Below the pieces are notes generated by a model. It worked only from the letters and a program-made list of their open reading frames with translations, was not told the DNA's origin and made no database searches. From the NCBI GenBank assembly GCA_963692945.1, contig OY843585.1, positions 1,529,449-1,561,448 on the forward strand: 32,000 nucleotides of DNA, given 5' to 3'. Source of the DNA: Bdellovibrionales bacterium. GTDB taxonomy: Bacteria > Bdellovibrionota > Bdellovibrionia > Bdellovibrionales > UBA1609. Made by a program: the position numbers and the translations under genes. How positions within the stretch are numbered: position 1 is the stretch's first letter; each line of letters begins with the position of its first letter. This document shows, one piece after another, positions 1 to 7,798 of the stretch.

Positions 1-783
1 CTTTTCTTTCAAAGAGTAATGCTCCGTCATATCTTGACAGTAAAAAATACCAATATTTTTTAAATCTCTTAAATGAGAAATAGGATAATAATGAATCTGA
101 TAGATTCTATTATTAACATTCAACAAATCTTGCTCGTTTTTTAAATCTAATAATTTGGGATAATCTTTTAACAATTGATCGAAAGGTTCATTAGATCTTA
201 CCACTTGAGAGTCTTTTAAAATAGCCAATGGCTCTCCACACTTTCCAAAAACATGACTCCATAAATAAGAGATACGAGAAGCACTTATATTTAAAAGAGT
301 ACGATTTAAAATAAGATCTAAAACTTCTTGTATTTCACAAAAATACTCTTTAAGACTTGTGTCTTTTGTTGAGGCATGAAGAATTTCTACAAAAAGAATA
401 GGATAAATTTGACTATTAAAAACAGAGGGATTCCGTTGAGAAAAAGGAACTATCATAGCTTTAAAAAAAGGCCTTCCCATTTCTTGAGCAAGATACGCTA
501 TATCTTCTCTACGGCTGTACTGAATATCTGAAATGGAAGGCCAGGGACTTTGAGCCATTTCTTCATAAAAAAGACCTCTTCTAACATAAGCTCTCCTCAA
601 TCCAAATTGTCTAGATTCATAAAAAAGAATGATCTCTCCTGTTTTTAATTTTTTAGGTATATTTGAACTTAAAAAAAGGAGAAGATCCTCAATACTAGAA
701 ACTTCACAAATTTTTTCACTAAAGGAAACTAAAGAACGACTAACCTGACGTTCAAAAGAAATATCTCCTGCAATCCCAGACAT
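1..783 (-). CDS. Partial CDS (N-terminal 261 codons, continues past the left edge); putative signal-transduction sensor protein, function unassigned
   Basis: Not in the supplied track. Checked by hand: minus-strand ATG at 783-781, and no tta/cta/tca triplet in plus frame 1 from 1 to 783, so the frame is open to the edge. Translation runs MSGIAGDISFERQVSRSLVSF...IYQIHYYPISHLRDLKNIGIFYCQDMTEHYSLKEK. The last part resembles a PAS-to-dimerisation-helix junction of sensor kinases, but any H-box would lie outside the window. Confidence 0.5.
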   Translation of the reverse strand, partial: MSGIAGDISFERQVSRSLVSFSEKICEVSSIEDLLLFLSSNIPKKLKTGEIILFYESRQFGLRRAYVRRGLFYEEMAQSPWPSISDIQYSRREDIAYLAQEMGRPFFKAMIVPFSQRNPSVFNSQIYPILFVEILHASTKDTSLKEYFCEIQEVLDLILNRTLLNISASRISYLWSHVFGKCGEPLAILKDSQVVRSNEPFDQLLKDYPKLLDLKNEQDLLNVNNRIYQIHYYPISHLRDLKNIGIFYCQDMTEHYSLKEK

Positions 784-880
784 TCCTCTATCTTAATAGA
801 TTTAAATTATTCCTTCTGCAATAGATAGAATGAGAGACTAAAAAGAAGATACAATCAAGACTTTGGACTTAAAAGTTTTA

Positions 881-1594
881 TTAGACTAAAAATTTAAAAT
901 GCTCTTCTAAGGGAGTTAACAAATGAGAAGGACTCCATCTTTCTTGTAACTGATAAGCTTTTATATTGTTAGGATCTAAATCTAGACATCGGTTTAAACA
1001 AGCTAAAGCTATTTCTTCATCTCCTAAGAAGTATCTACTAATGGCTAAACCCAACCAAGCTCTACTCAACTCAGGAGAACTTTTAACAATCTTTTGAAAT
1101 AAATTTTCAGACTCCTCATAATTCCTTTCTTTTAACTTTAACAGAGCACGATGGAATTGAAGAGATAAAGAGTCAGGATTTAAAGTGTGAGCTTTATTGT
1201 AATACTCCTCAGCCATAGAATAATTTTTATTAAGAACATATATTTGTCCTAGATATTTATTGATCTTAAAAAGAAGAAGACAAGGTTCTGAGATTTGATT
1301 AAGAGCTTCTAGAAAACACTCTTCCGCTTCTTTACAACGAAGTTGATTCAAAAGAGATTCTCCCAAACAAAAAAGATCAATAACTTTTTTCCTTCTCTCT
1401 AATAAACAAGAAAAGATATTTTCAGCAATCTCCCAATAATTGTTTTCTAAAGCAAGACGGCCTCCCCATTCCAAAATACGATCATTTGCTGTTTCATCTT
1501 GCAATAAATTTTTTAAGAGTTTCATCTGACTCTCTTGAGACTTCTCTTGCATTATTTTCTTATCTTGAAAAAAATTCATACACCTAAGATTCAT
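881..1594 (-). CDS. Tetratricopeptide (TPR) repeat protein
   Basis: 237-aa ORF. It has several 34-aa TPR-like units, e.g. AWLGLAISRYFLGDEEIALACLNRCLDLDPNNIKAY and YLGQIYVLNKNYSMAEEYYNKAHTLNPDS. The start is uncertain: in-frame Met also at codons 6 and 15, and no clear SD. Confidence 0.7.
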   Translation of the reverse strand: MNLRCMNFFQDKKIMQEKSQESQMKLLKNLLQDETANDRILEWGGRLALENNYWEIAENIFSCLLERRKKVIDLFCLGESLLNQLRCKEAEECFLEALNQISEPCLLLFKINKYLGQIYVLNKNYSMAEEYYNKAHTLNPDSLSLQFHRALLKLKERNYEESENLFQKIVKSSPELSRAWLGLAISRYFLGDEEIALACLNRCLDLDPNNIKAYQLQERWSPSHLLTPLEEHFKFLV

Positions 1595-1705
1595 GCAATT
1601 TTTATGCTAAAAAAATTAAGACTTTGATCTTAAAAATCTATGCTTGATAGATAAAAATCATCAAAACTATGACATCTATAAAAAATAATTGACAGTTTAG
1701 GCTCT

Positions 1706-2065
1706 TCAAGAAGCAATAGATGGATATTTATTTTGCAGTTTTTCAATTAAAGAAATAATGACTAGATCTTGATCCAAGATAGATAACACCATATCTTTCT
1801 TTAATTTTAAAATTTCCAACAATTTCTTTTTTTCTGCTTTGTTTGCTTTAAGAAAATCTCCTGATGTGTCTTTTTCAGAAAATTTATGATCTAACTTATC
1901 TATAGCATTTAACAAAAGCTCACGACTGTAATAAAAATTTTCAAGATTATCTATACATCCTTGATGAAGTCTATTTATTTCATCTATATTGATTTTATGA
2001 AACTCCAATAAGTAAGAGTTTTTTTGCTCAAGTAATTCTAATAATGCTATAACTTTTTTACTCAT
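1706..2065 (-). CDS. Small helical/coiled-coil hypothetical protein (weak FlgN-like chaperone pattern)
   Basis: 119-aa ORF starting at an ATG, with heptad-like Leu/Ile spacing (LLELLEQKNSYLLEFHKINIDEINRL ... KKKLLEILKLKKDMVLSILDQDLVIISLIEKL). The FlgN resemblance comes from pattern only, with no diagnostic motif. Confidence 0.45.
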   Translation of the reverse strand: MSKKVIALLELLEQKNSYLLEFHKINIDEINRLHQGCIDNLENFYYSRELLLNAIDKLDHKFSEKDTSGDFLKANKAEKKKLLEILKLKKDMVLSILDQDLVIISLIEKLQNKYPSIAS

Positions 2066-2239
2066 AATACAGAACCTCTATAAATTCTATTATGACATAA
2101 AAAAAATAAAATAGTTATGTCAATAATATGTCTTGTCTATGGACGGGAAGTTGAAAAAAATCCTTAAATATCAACTCTTTAGAGAGTGTCACAATTATTA
2201 TTATTTCGTCAAAATTATTTTTTTATCTTGACCTAATAT

Positions 2240-3829
2240 TTAAGTGTCCCAAAATGAAACATAATTTTTAAAAACTTTATCTGTACTTTCTTTATCTGGA
2301 CAAATTTCCACTAAAGAATAAGGCTTACATTCAAAAGCATCAAATTTTTCAAAATCTTTAAAAGATTCATAATTTAAACCCCATAGTCTAGCAAGAGGAG
2401 AAAAAGACAAATTGTGTTTGTTGATAAACATCTCATTTTTAAATAGGTGAGAAAAAATCTGCCCCCCAGAGTTATTCACTATAAATAAAGTCCAAGGAGG
2501 GATATTTTTACTAATCCAAAAAGCACTTAGATCATAAAGGACACTTAAATCCCCTATCACAGCAAAATTATTTAGAGCCGTTTTACACTCACCAAAAAAT
2601 CTCGAAGTCAGTCCATCAATGCCATTAACTCCACTCTGACCTGTGACTAGTAAACGTTGATTGGACAAAAAGGAGACTCTATCCCAAAGACGGATGGGTA
2701 AACTATTTCCTAAAAACACTTGTGAGTTTTCAGGAAAATAGGTTTTCAATTTTCCCATCCAAGCATCCTCACTTTTAGGATAAGTTTCTAAAATTTTCTT
2801 CCACTTTTGAGATTGTTCTCTGTCATAATCTTTAAGAGATTCATTCTTATATTGCAAAAGAGATAAATGTTTTTTTAATAAATCCAAATTATCTAAGAGA
2901 GAAAAATTTAATGTTTTTTTAGATAATCCAGAATAAAAAGGAGGAGAAGATAGATTCAATACCTCTACATCTAATTTTTCTAAATCTCTCCAAAAGCGAC
3001 AACGAGGTATTCCTCCTAAGCGTATAACCCCATCTATTTCCTTTTGTTGTAACCCGTAATATAATATCTTCTCACCAGAGTAGAGTCGCTCCTTGAGATA
3101 ATGAAGTTGAGATAAAGGTTCTACATAAAAAGACTTATCGTAATTGGCCAAAAATTTTTCAACAATTGGTTTTTCTTCATACTGTAATTCACCAACTAAA
3201 ATTAAAGGTTTTTTACATTTTTTAAAAAACTTTTGAAAATCTTTTTCATTCGCTTTAATAAAAAGATCTGAATAAATAGATACAGATTTTTTAAAAGAAT
3301 GTTTTGAAAAATCTATAGAATGAGGAGTTGAATCTAATAAAGGTTCATCAAAAGCAACATTTAAATGAAGATGACCCCTTTGAGGGTACCAAGAGTTTAG
3401 TTTAAGATCTTTCAACTCAGAAACATCTAAAGAACAATGGCTATAATCTTTAAAAAGATCTATAGGATTTTTTATAGTTTGAGGGGAAGCTTGCTCTCTA
3501 TAAGAAGAAGGACGATCTGCTGTCACCAAAACTAAAGGCAATCCACTGTAATAAGATTCTATAACACCAGGAAGTAATTCAGCCACAGCTGTTCCTGATG
3601 TCGTTATAACAGCTACAGGACGACGATCTCTTCTCACTCTTCCTAAAGCAAAAAAAGAACAAGAACGTTCTTCATAAAAATAAAGAATCTCTAAACCTTT
3701 TGAACATGATAAGACTTCCAGAAAGGGGGCTAAACGACCTCCTGGACAGATACAAAATGTTTTCACACCTAATTGTGTGAGTTTATTGATTATAATTTCT
3801 GCTAATTCTACATTCATAATATTTTTCAC
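2240..3829 (-). CDS. menD: 2-succinyl-5-enolpyruvyl-6-hydroxy-3-cyclohexene-1-carboxylate (SEPHCHC) synthase, ThDP-dependent
   Basis: 529 aa. The N-terminus (LGVKTFCICPGGRLAPF, VITTSGTAVAELLPGVIES, LVLVTADRP) and the ThDP/Mg motif (IGDLSVLYDLSAFW...FIVNNSGGQIF) are typical of MenD. It lies directly downstream of menF. The track start is GTG at 3829; an in-frame ATG at 3817 (MNVELAEII) is an alternative. Confidence 0.9.
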   Translation of the reverse strand: MKNIMNVELAEIIINKLTQLGVKTFCICPGGRLAPFLEVLSCSKGLEILYFYEERSCSFFALGRVRRDRRPVAVITTSGTAVAELLPGVIESYYSGLPLVLVTADRPSSYREQASPQTIKNPIDLFKDYSHCSLDVSELKDLKLNSWYPQRGHLHLNVAFDEPLLDSTPHSIDFSKHSFKKSVSIYSDLFIKANEKDFQKFFKKCKKPLILVGELQYEEKPIVEKFLANYDKSFYVEPLSQLHYLKERLYSGEKILYYGLQQKEIDGVIRLGGIPRCRFWRDLEKLDVEVLNLSSPPFYSGLSKKTLNFSLLDNLDLLKKHLSLLQYKNESLKDYDREQSQKWKKILETYPKSEDAWMGKLKTYFPENSQVFLGNSLPIRLWDRVSFLSNQRLLVTGQSGVNGIDGLTSRFFGECKTALNNFAVIGDLSVLYDLSAFWISKNIPPWTLFIVNNSGGQIFSHLFKNEMFINKHNLSFSPLARLWGLNYESFKDFEKFDAFECKPYSLVEICPDKESTDKVFKNYVSFWDT

Positions 3830-3891
3830 TTTGTCATTTAATTTCTAATTTCTTGCTTTCTAAAAGAACAAAAACTCAACTCACAAAATCT

Positions 3892-4929
3892 CTAAAGAAA
3901 TATTTTTTTAACTTGTTCTCTTTTCAAAAATAACTCTCTCCACTCTTTTTGTAAAACACTATCGCGTAGGATACCACCACCAGAGTAAATTCTTATGTTA
4001 GAACCACTCCATTCTAAATTCCTTATAGCCACAAGACAAAAAGCTCTATCTTTACCATTAAAATAACCAAAAGGGGCTCCAAAAAAAGTTCTCTGTTTTT
4101 GCTGAGGATGCTCCTTTAGCCACAAAAAACCTTCTTCTTTAGGATAAGAACCTAATGCCGCTGTAGGATGAAGTTTGTGACAAAACTTTATATAATCAAA
4201 TGATTTTATTAAAGTAGCACTTTTCTCGGTACATAAATGTTTTATATTTCCAAATACCTTCTCATATCTTTTTTCTTTTTTCCAATTCACTAAACCCTGT
4301 AGACTCTCTTCAATACTTTGAACAACATATTGATGCTCCTTAACCTCCTTTTTATTTTGAAACAAAGAAATCCCAGGAAAAGGGGAAGTTCCTGCTAAAG
4401 CCATAGTGTGAAAAGATTTTTCTCTATAAGAAAATAAAAATTCAGGAGATAAACCTAAAAATCCCACTCCTTTACTCCAATAACCATACAAGTAAGAATC
4501 TTTATAAGAAGATTTATTTTTTTCAAAAAAATTCTTTAAAAAATAAAGAACATTCACTTGACCTTGCAGTTTTTCAAAAAAAACAGGGACTATTTTTTGA
4601 ATTTTAGAAGAATTTATTTTGTGTTGTATTTGATAAAAAACTTTTTGAAATTCCAAAAAAGAAGGAAGAGACACAGTGTAAGGTAGATTTTTTTTTGAAA
4701 ATGAATCAAACCCTAAAAATTCGACTAGCTCTTTCTGACAAACTAAGGCATATTTGTGAGGAATCATCCAAGGCTCTCTCTCTTGTAAAAAAAAATTTGG
4801 CCGATAGAAACCAAATCCAGATTGAGAAGATGATTTAAAAGCACCTTGTCCCAATAAATATTGATCTTTAGAAATTTGTAACAAAAGACCTTCTTGCAAC
4901 CAAAGTTTTTTATCTATAGAAATTCCCAT
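3892..4929 (-). CDS. menF: Isochorismate synthase (short form)
   Basis: 345 aa with chorismate-binding enzyme motifs: HPTAALGSYP, FGAPFGY, and a C-terminal YSGGGILRDSVLQKEWRELFLKREQV (compare the family pattern GAGIVxxSxPxxEWxET). Its position upstream of menD supports the MenF role over anthranilate or PABA synthase. Confidence 0.85.
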   Translation of the reverse strand: MGISIDKKLWLQEGLLLQISKDQYLLGQGAFKSSSQSGFGFYRPNFFLQEREPWMIPHKYALVCQKELVEFLGFDSFSKKNLPYTVSLPSFLEFQKVFYQIQHKINSSKIQKIVPVFFEKLQGQVNVLYFLKNFFEKNKSSYKDSYLYGYWSKGVGFLGLSPEFLFSYREKSFHTMALAGTSPFPGISLFQNKKEVKEHQYVVQSIEESLQGLVNWKKEKRYEKVFGNIKHLCTEKSATLIKSFDYIKFCHKLHPTAALGSYPKEEGFLWLKEHPQQKQRTFFGAPFGYFNGKDRAFCLVAIRNLEWSGSNIRIYSGGGILRDSVLQKEWRELFLKREQVKKIFL

Positions 4930-4933
4930 ATAT

Positions 4934-5019
4934 TAAGCCTTATAACATATATTTGACCCTTAAAAAAATGTAAGATGAATATTTTAAAAATATATTGCTC
5001 ATAAAAAATAAGCCTTATA
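4934..5019. promoter_or_regulatory. Candidate regulatory direct repeat TAAGCCTTATA (two copies 75 bp apart) in the menF / DAHP-synthase divergent intergenic region
   Basis: An identical 11-mer occurs at 4934-4944 and 5009-5019, each followed by TATT(T)G. They span the 103-nt gap between two divergent start codons (4929 minus, 5033 plus). The first copy overlaps the probable menF RBS (minus strand TAAGGCTTAATATATG). No binding factor is known. Confidence 0.2.
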
Positions 5020-5032
5020 TATTGCAAAAAGC

Positions 5033-5818
5033 ATGAAAACAAAAGTTATCAAAATGAATTCTCAAACTATAGGTGATTCCTCTTTTAAAGTTTGGGCAGG
5101 TCCTTGTGCCATTGAAAATCAAGTTCAGTTCAACAAAACAGCAGAGTTTGTTTTAAAGCAAGGAGCTTCTGGAATTCGGGGAGGAATTTATAAACTCAGA
5201 ACCGATGCCAATAGTTTTCAAGGCTTAAAAAAAGAAGCCATTTCTTTGGTCAAAACCTTTAAACTGAAATCTAAAGACACTCCCTTTATCAGCGAAATCA
5301 CAGATCCTAGACAAATAGAAACTCTAGATGAAGTTGTAGATGTATTTCAAGTAGGAACAAGAAATATGTTTAATTATGAATTACTCAAAGAGTTAGGAAG
5401 AGTCAAAAAACCTATCTTATTAAAACGATTTTTTGCAGCTCGTATCCAAGAATGGTTAAAAGCAACAGAATATATTCTCCAAGGAGGAAATTCAGATATT
5501 ATTTTGTGTGAGAGAGGTATCAGAACTTTTGAGACAGAATTGAGAAACACTCTTGACTTAAATGCTGTTGCCTATATTAAAAAAGAAACTTCTTTTCCGA
5601 TTTTTGTAGACCCCTCTCATGGCACTGGAGATCGCTTTTTAGTTGCACCCCTCACAAAAGCAGCTCTAGCACTAGGAGCTGACGGTGTACTTATAGAAGT
5701 CCATAATGAACCCGAAAAAGCCCTTTGTGACTCCCATCAAAGTCTGACTTTTCAAGATTTTGAAGGTTTAATGCTAGAACTTAGAAAAATTGCAACAGCT
5801 TTAGATAGACATTTGTAA
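5033..5818 (+). CDS. aroF: 3-deoxy-D-arabino-heptulosonate-7-phosphate (DAHP) synthase, type I-beta, with no regulatory domain
   Basis: 261 aa. Motifs GPCAIEN, KLRTDANSFQGL (family KPRTSPYSFQGL), VDPSHGTGDR and GVLIEVHNEPEKALCDSHQSL match I-beta DAHP synthases rather than KDO8P synthase. There is no N-terminal ACT or chorismate-mutase extension. Confidence 0.82.
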   Translation: MKTKVIKMNSQTIGDSSFKVWAGPCAIENQVQFNKTAEFVLKQGASGIRGGIYKLRTDANSFQGLKKEAISLVKTFKLKSKDTPFISEITDPRQIETLDEVVDVFQVGTRNMFNYELLKELGRVKKPILLKRFFAARIQEWLKATEYILQGGNSDIILCERGIRTFETELRNTLDLNAVAYIKKETSFPIFVDPSHGTGDRFLVAPLTKAALALGADGVLIEVHNEPEKALCDSHQSLTFQDFEGLMLELRKIATALDRHL

Positions 5819-5851
5819 GACTCCTAAAAAAAAACTATACTACTTATACCT

Positions 5852-6763
5852 ATGATTATTGTATTAACAGGAGGAACTGGCTTTATTGGCCAATCTTTAA
5901 TTAAAAAATTAGTAGAGCAAAATCATACTGTTCATTTATTGGTTCGTTCTTCTTCTATGAAAAAAAACCTCTACCCTTGCAAAACTTTTTTATGGCCTGA
6001 TAGTCACAGCCCTATACCTCCAGAAGTTTTTCCTTCAGATTCTACATTTGGAGTGATTCATCTAGCTGGTGAATCTATTTTTCAATGGCCTTGGACTCCT
6101 CGTAAGAAAAAGAAGATATATAACTCTCGTGTTATAGGGACGAGAACGCTTGTGGAAACAATAAGCCATCTAAAAAACACTCCTGAATTTTTCTTTTGTG
6201 CAAGTGCTGTAGGTATTTATGGAAAACAAGACTCTCAAAATATAACAGAAGATTTTCATTTTAAAAATCAAGGCTTATTCTTACAAAAAGTTTGTGAGAA
6301 TTGGGAAAAAGAAGCTTTGAAAATGGAAACAAAATGTAGAGTAGTTATTTTTCGTTTAGGTATAGTATTATCTTCTCAAGGAGGATTTTTAAAAAAACAA
6401 TTAAAATGGTCTAAATGGTTTATACCCTTTATGCTTTATAAAAATAAACTGTGGTTGAGTTGGATACATAGAGAAGATTTAAATCGTCTCATTCTATGGG
6501 CTATTCATAAAAAAGAAACAAAAGGCATTTACAATGCAACAACTTTTGAACCTTTTGATATGAACTTTTTTTTAAATAAACTCTCTGTTCATTTTAAGAA
6601 AAAACGATTAAGAATTCCTACCCCTCTTTTTCTAGTAAAATCATTAGCAGGAGAGATAGGAAAAAATATATTGATTAGCTGCCATGCTATCCCTAAAAAA
6701 ATAACTGAGGAAGGATTTCAATTTAAATATAAAACTCTAGTTGAAGCTCTTAAAAAAGATTAA
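5852..6763 (+). CDS. TIGR01777/YfcH-like NAD-binding epimerase-family (atypical SDR) protein with a DUF1731-type C-terminus
   Basis: 303 aa. Features: Rossmann start MIIVLTGGTGFIGQSL, then HLAGESI, SRVIGTRTLVE, SAVGIYG, WEKEA, RLGIVLS, SWIHREDL, YNATTFEP, and a C-terminal EEGFQFKYKTL. This pattern is typical of the YfcH family. It sits 33 nt downstream of aroF, so is probably co-transcribed. Confidence 0.8.
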   Translation: MIIVLTGGTGFIGQSLIKKLVEQNHTVHLLVRSSSMKKNLYPCKTFLWPDSHSPIPPEVFPSDSTFGVIHLAGESIFQWPWTPRKKKKIYNSRVIGTRTLVETISHLKNTPEFFFCASAVGIYGKQDSQNITEDFHFKNQGLFLQKVCENWEKEALKMETKCRVVIFRLGIVLSSQGGFLKKQLKWSKWFIPFMLYKNKLWLSWIHREDLNRLILWAIHKKETKGIYNATTFEPFDMNFFLNKLSVHFKKKRLRIPTPLFLVKSLAGEIGKNILISCHAIPKKITEEGFQFKYKTLVEALKKD

Positions 6764-6766
6764 AAA

Positions 6767-7798
6767 CTAAATTTGATCCAAACGTTTTAAAAGAAGATGA
6801 TCGGCAATCACTAAACAAGCCATAGATTCTACAATGGAAACAGCACGAGGCCCAATACAAGGGTCATGCCTTCCTTTTTTAGCAATACTTCCTAAAGAAG
6901 AAGGGGGTTTAAAAACCATTCTTATAACCACACGATCTCCTGTTGTCAAACCACCTCTTATTCCCCCATAATTTTCCGAATGATTGTGAAACTCTGTTCC
7001 TTTTGTTTTGAGAGAAGAAAAGCCTGAACCTATCTCTAAACCAGATAGAGCTCCTAAACTCATTAAAGCTTTTGTTAAGTCCGACTTCATTTTCCAAAAC
7101 ACAGGTTGACCTAAAAATTTTGGGACATTGTCTATCCATAATTCTACAAGAGACGATAGACTTTCTCCCTCTTCTTTAGACTTCATCAATAAATCTACAA
7201 CCTGTTTTGATTTTTTTTTATGAGGAAAACAAGCTGGATATTCATCTGATAAAATATTTTTTTCAAAAATATCTTCTACAACATCTAACTCTGTTGGTTC
7301 TAAAGCAATATCTCCAATTTGACGAACAAAAGCCATAACCTTAAAATCTTTATGTAATTCTTGTATGAGCATACGAGCCACACAACCAGCTAAAACTCGT
7401 GATAGAGTTTCTCGTCCAGAAGAGCGACCCCCTCCTCTATAGTCAAAATGTTTAAATTTCCCTTTCCATAAATCATCAGCATGACCTTTTCTAGCTGTTA
7501 CTTTTATAGATTTGTAATCTTCAACACAAGCTCCCTTATTAAAAACCAACATAGCAATAGGAGTTCCTAAAGTTTTACCTTCATAGACACCACTTAAAAT
7601 TTCTGGTTCATCAGGTTCAACACGAGAGGATGTCCAAGGCCAGCGACCAGGACGACGACGATTCAATTCTCTTTTCAGAAGATCTAAAGAAAAAGGCACT
7701 CCTGATGGACAGCCTTCTATGACAACACCCATAGCTTTGCCATGACTTTCTCCAAAACTATGAAACTTAAAAACATGACCAAAAGTATTTGCACTCAT
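6767..7798 (-). CDS. aroC: Chorismate synthase
   Basis: 343 aa. Motifs: FGESHG, RRRPGR, GGGRSSGRET, GGIRGGLTTG and KGRHDPCIGPRAV. The start ATG (7798-7796) overlaps the upstream TGA in an ATGA junction. Confidence 0.95.
   Translation of the reverse strand: MSANTFGHVFKFHSFGESHGKAMGVVIEGCPSGVPFSLDLLKRELNRRRPGRWPWTSSRVEPDEPEILSGVYEGKTLGTPIAMLVFNKGACVEDYKSIKVTARKGHADDLWKGKFKHFDYRGGGRSSGRETLSRVLAGCVARMLIQELHKDFKVMAFVRQIGDIALEPTELDVVEDIFEKNILSDEYPACFPHKKKSKQVVDLLMKSKEEGESLSSLVELWIDNVPKFLGQPVFWKMKSDLTKALMSLGALSGLEIGSGFSSLKTKGTEFHNHSENYGGIRGGLTTGDRVVIRMVFKPPSSLGSIAKKGRHDPCIGPRAVSIVESMACLVIADHLLLKRLDQI

Noticed and set aside
2093-2122. 8-bp inverted repeat TGACATAA-N14-TTATGTCA upstream of the 119-aa ORF; on the minus strand the right arm forms a TTGACA hexamer
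   Set aside because: As a hairpin, the A/T-rich 8-bp stem with a 14-nt loop is weak. As a promoter, no acceptable -10 hexamer lies 16-18 nt downstream of the TTGACA. It is easily explained by chance in AT-rich DNA.
5033-5818. Alternative call of the 261-aa TIM-barrel enzyme as KDO-8-phosphate synthase (KdsA)
   Set aside because: The sequence has the DAHP-synthase I-beta signatures (xRTxxxSFQGL, DPSHxxGxR) rather than the KdsA equivalents, and it sits in a locus containing every other shikimate enzyme. A profile search is still the decisive test.
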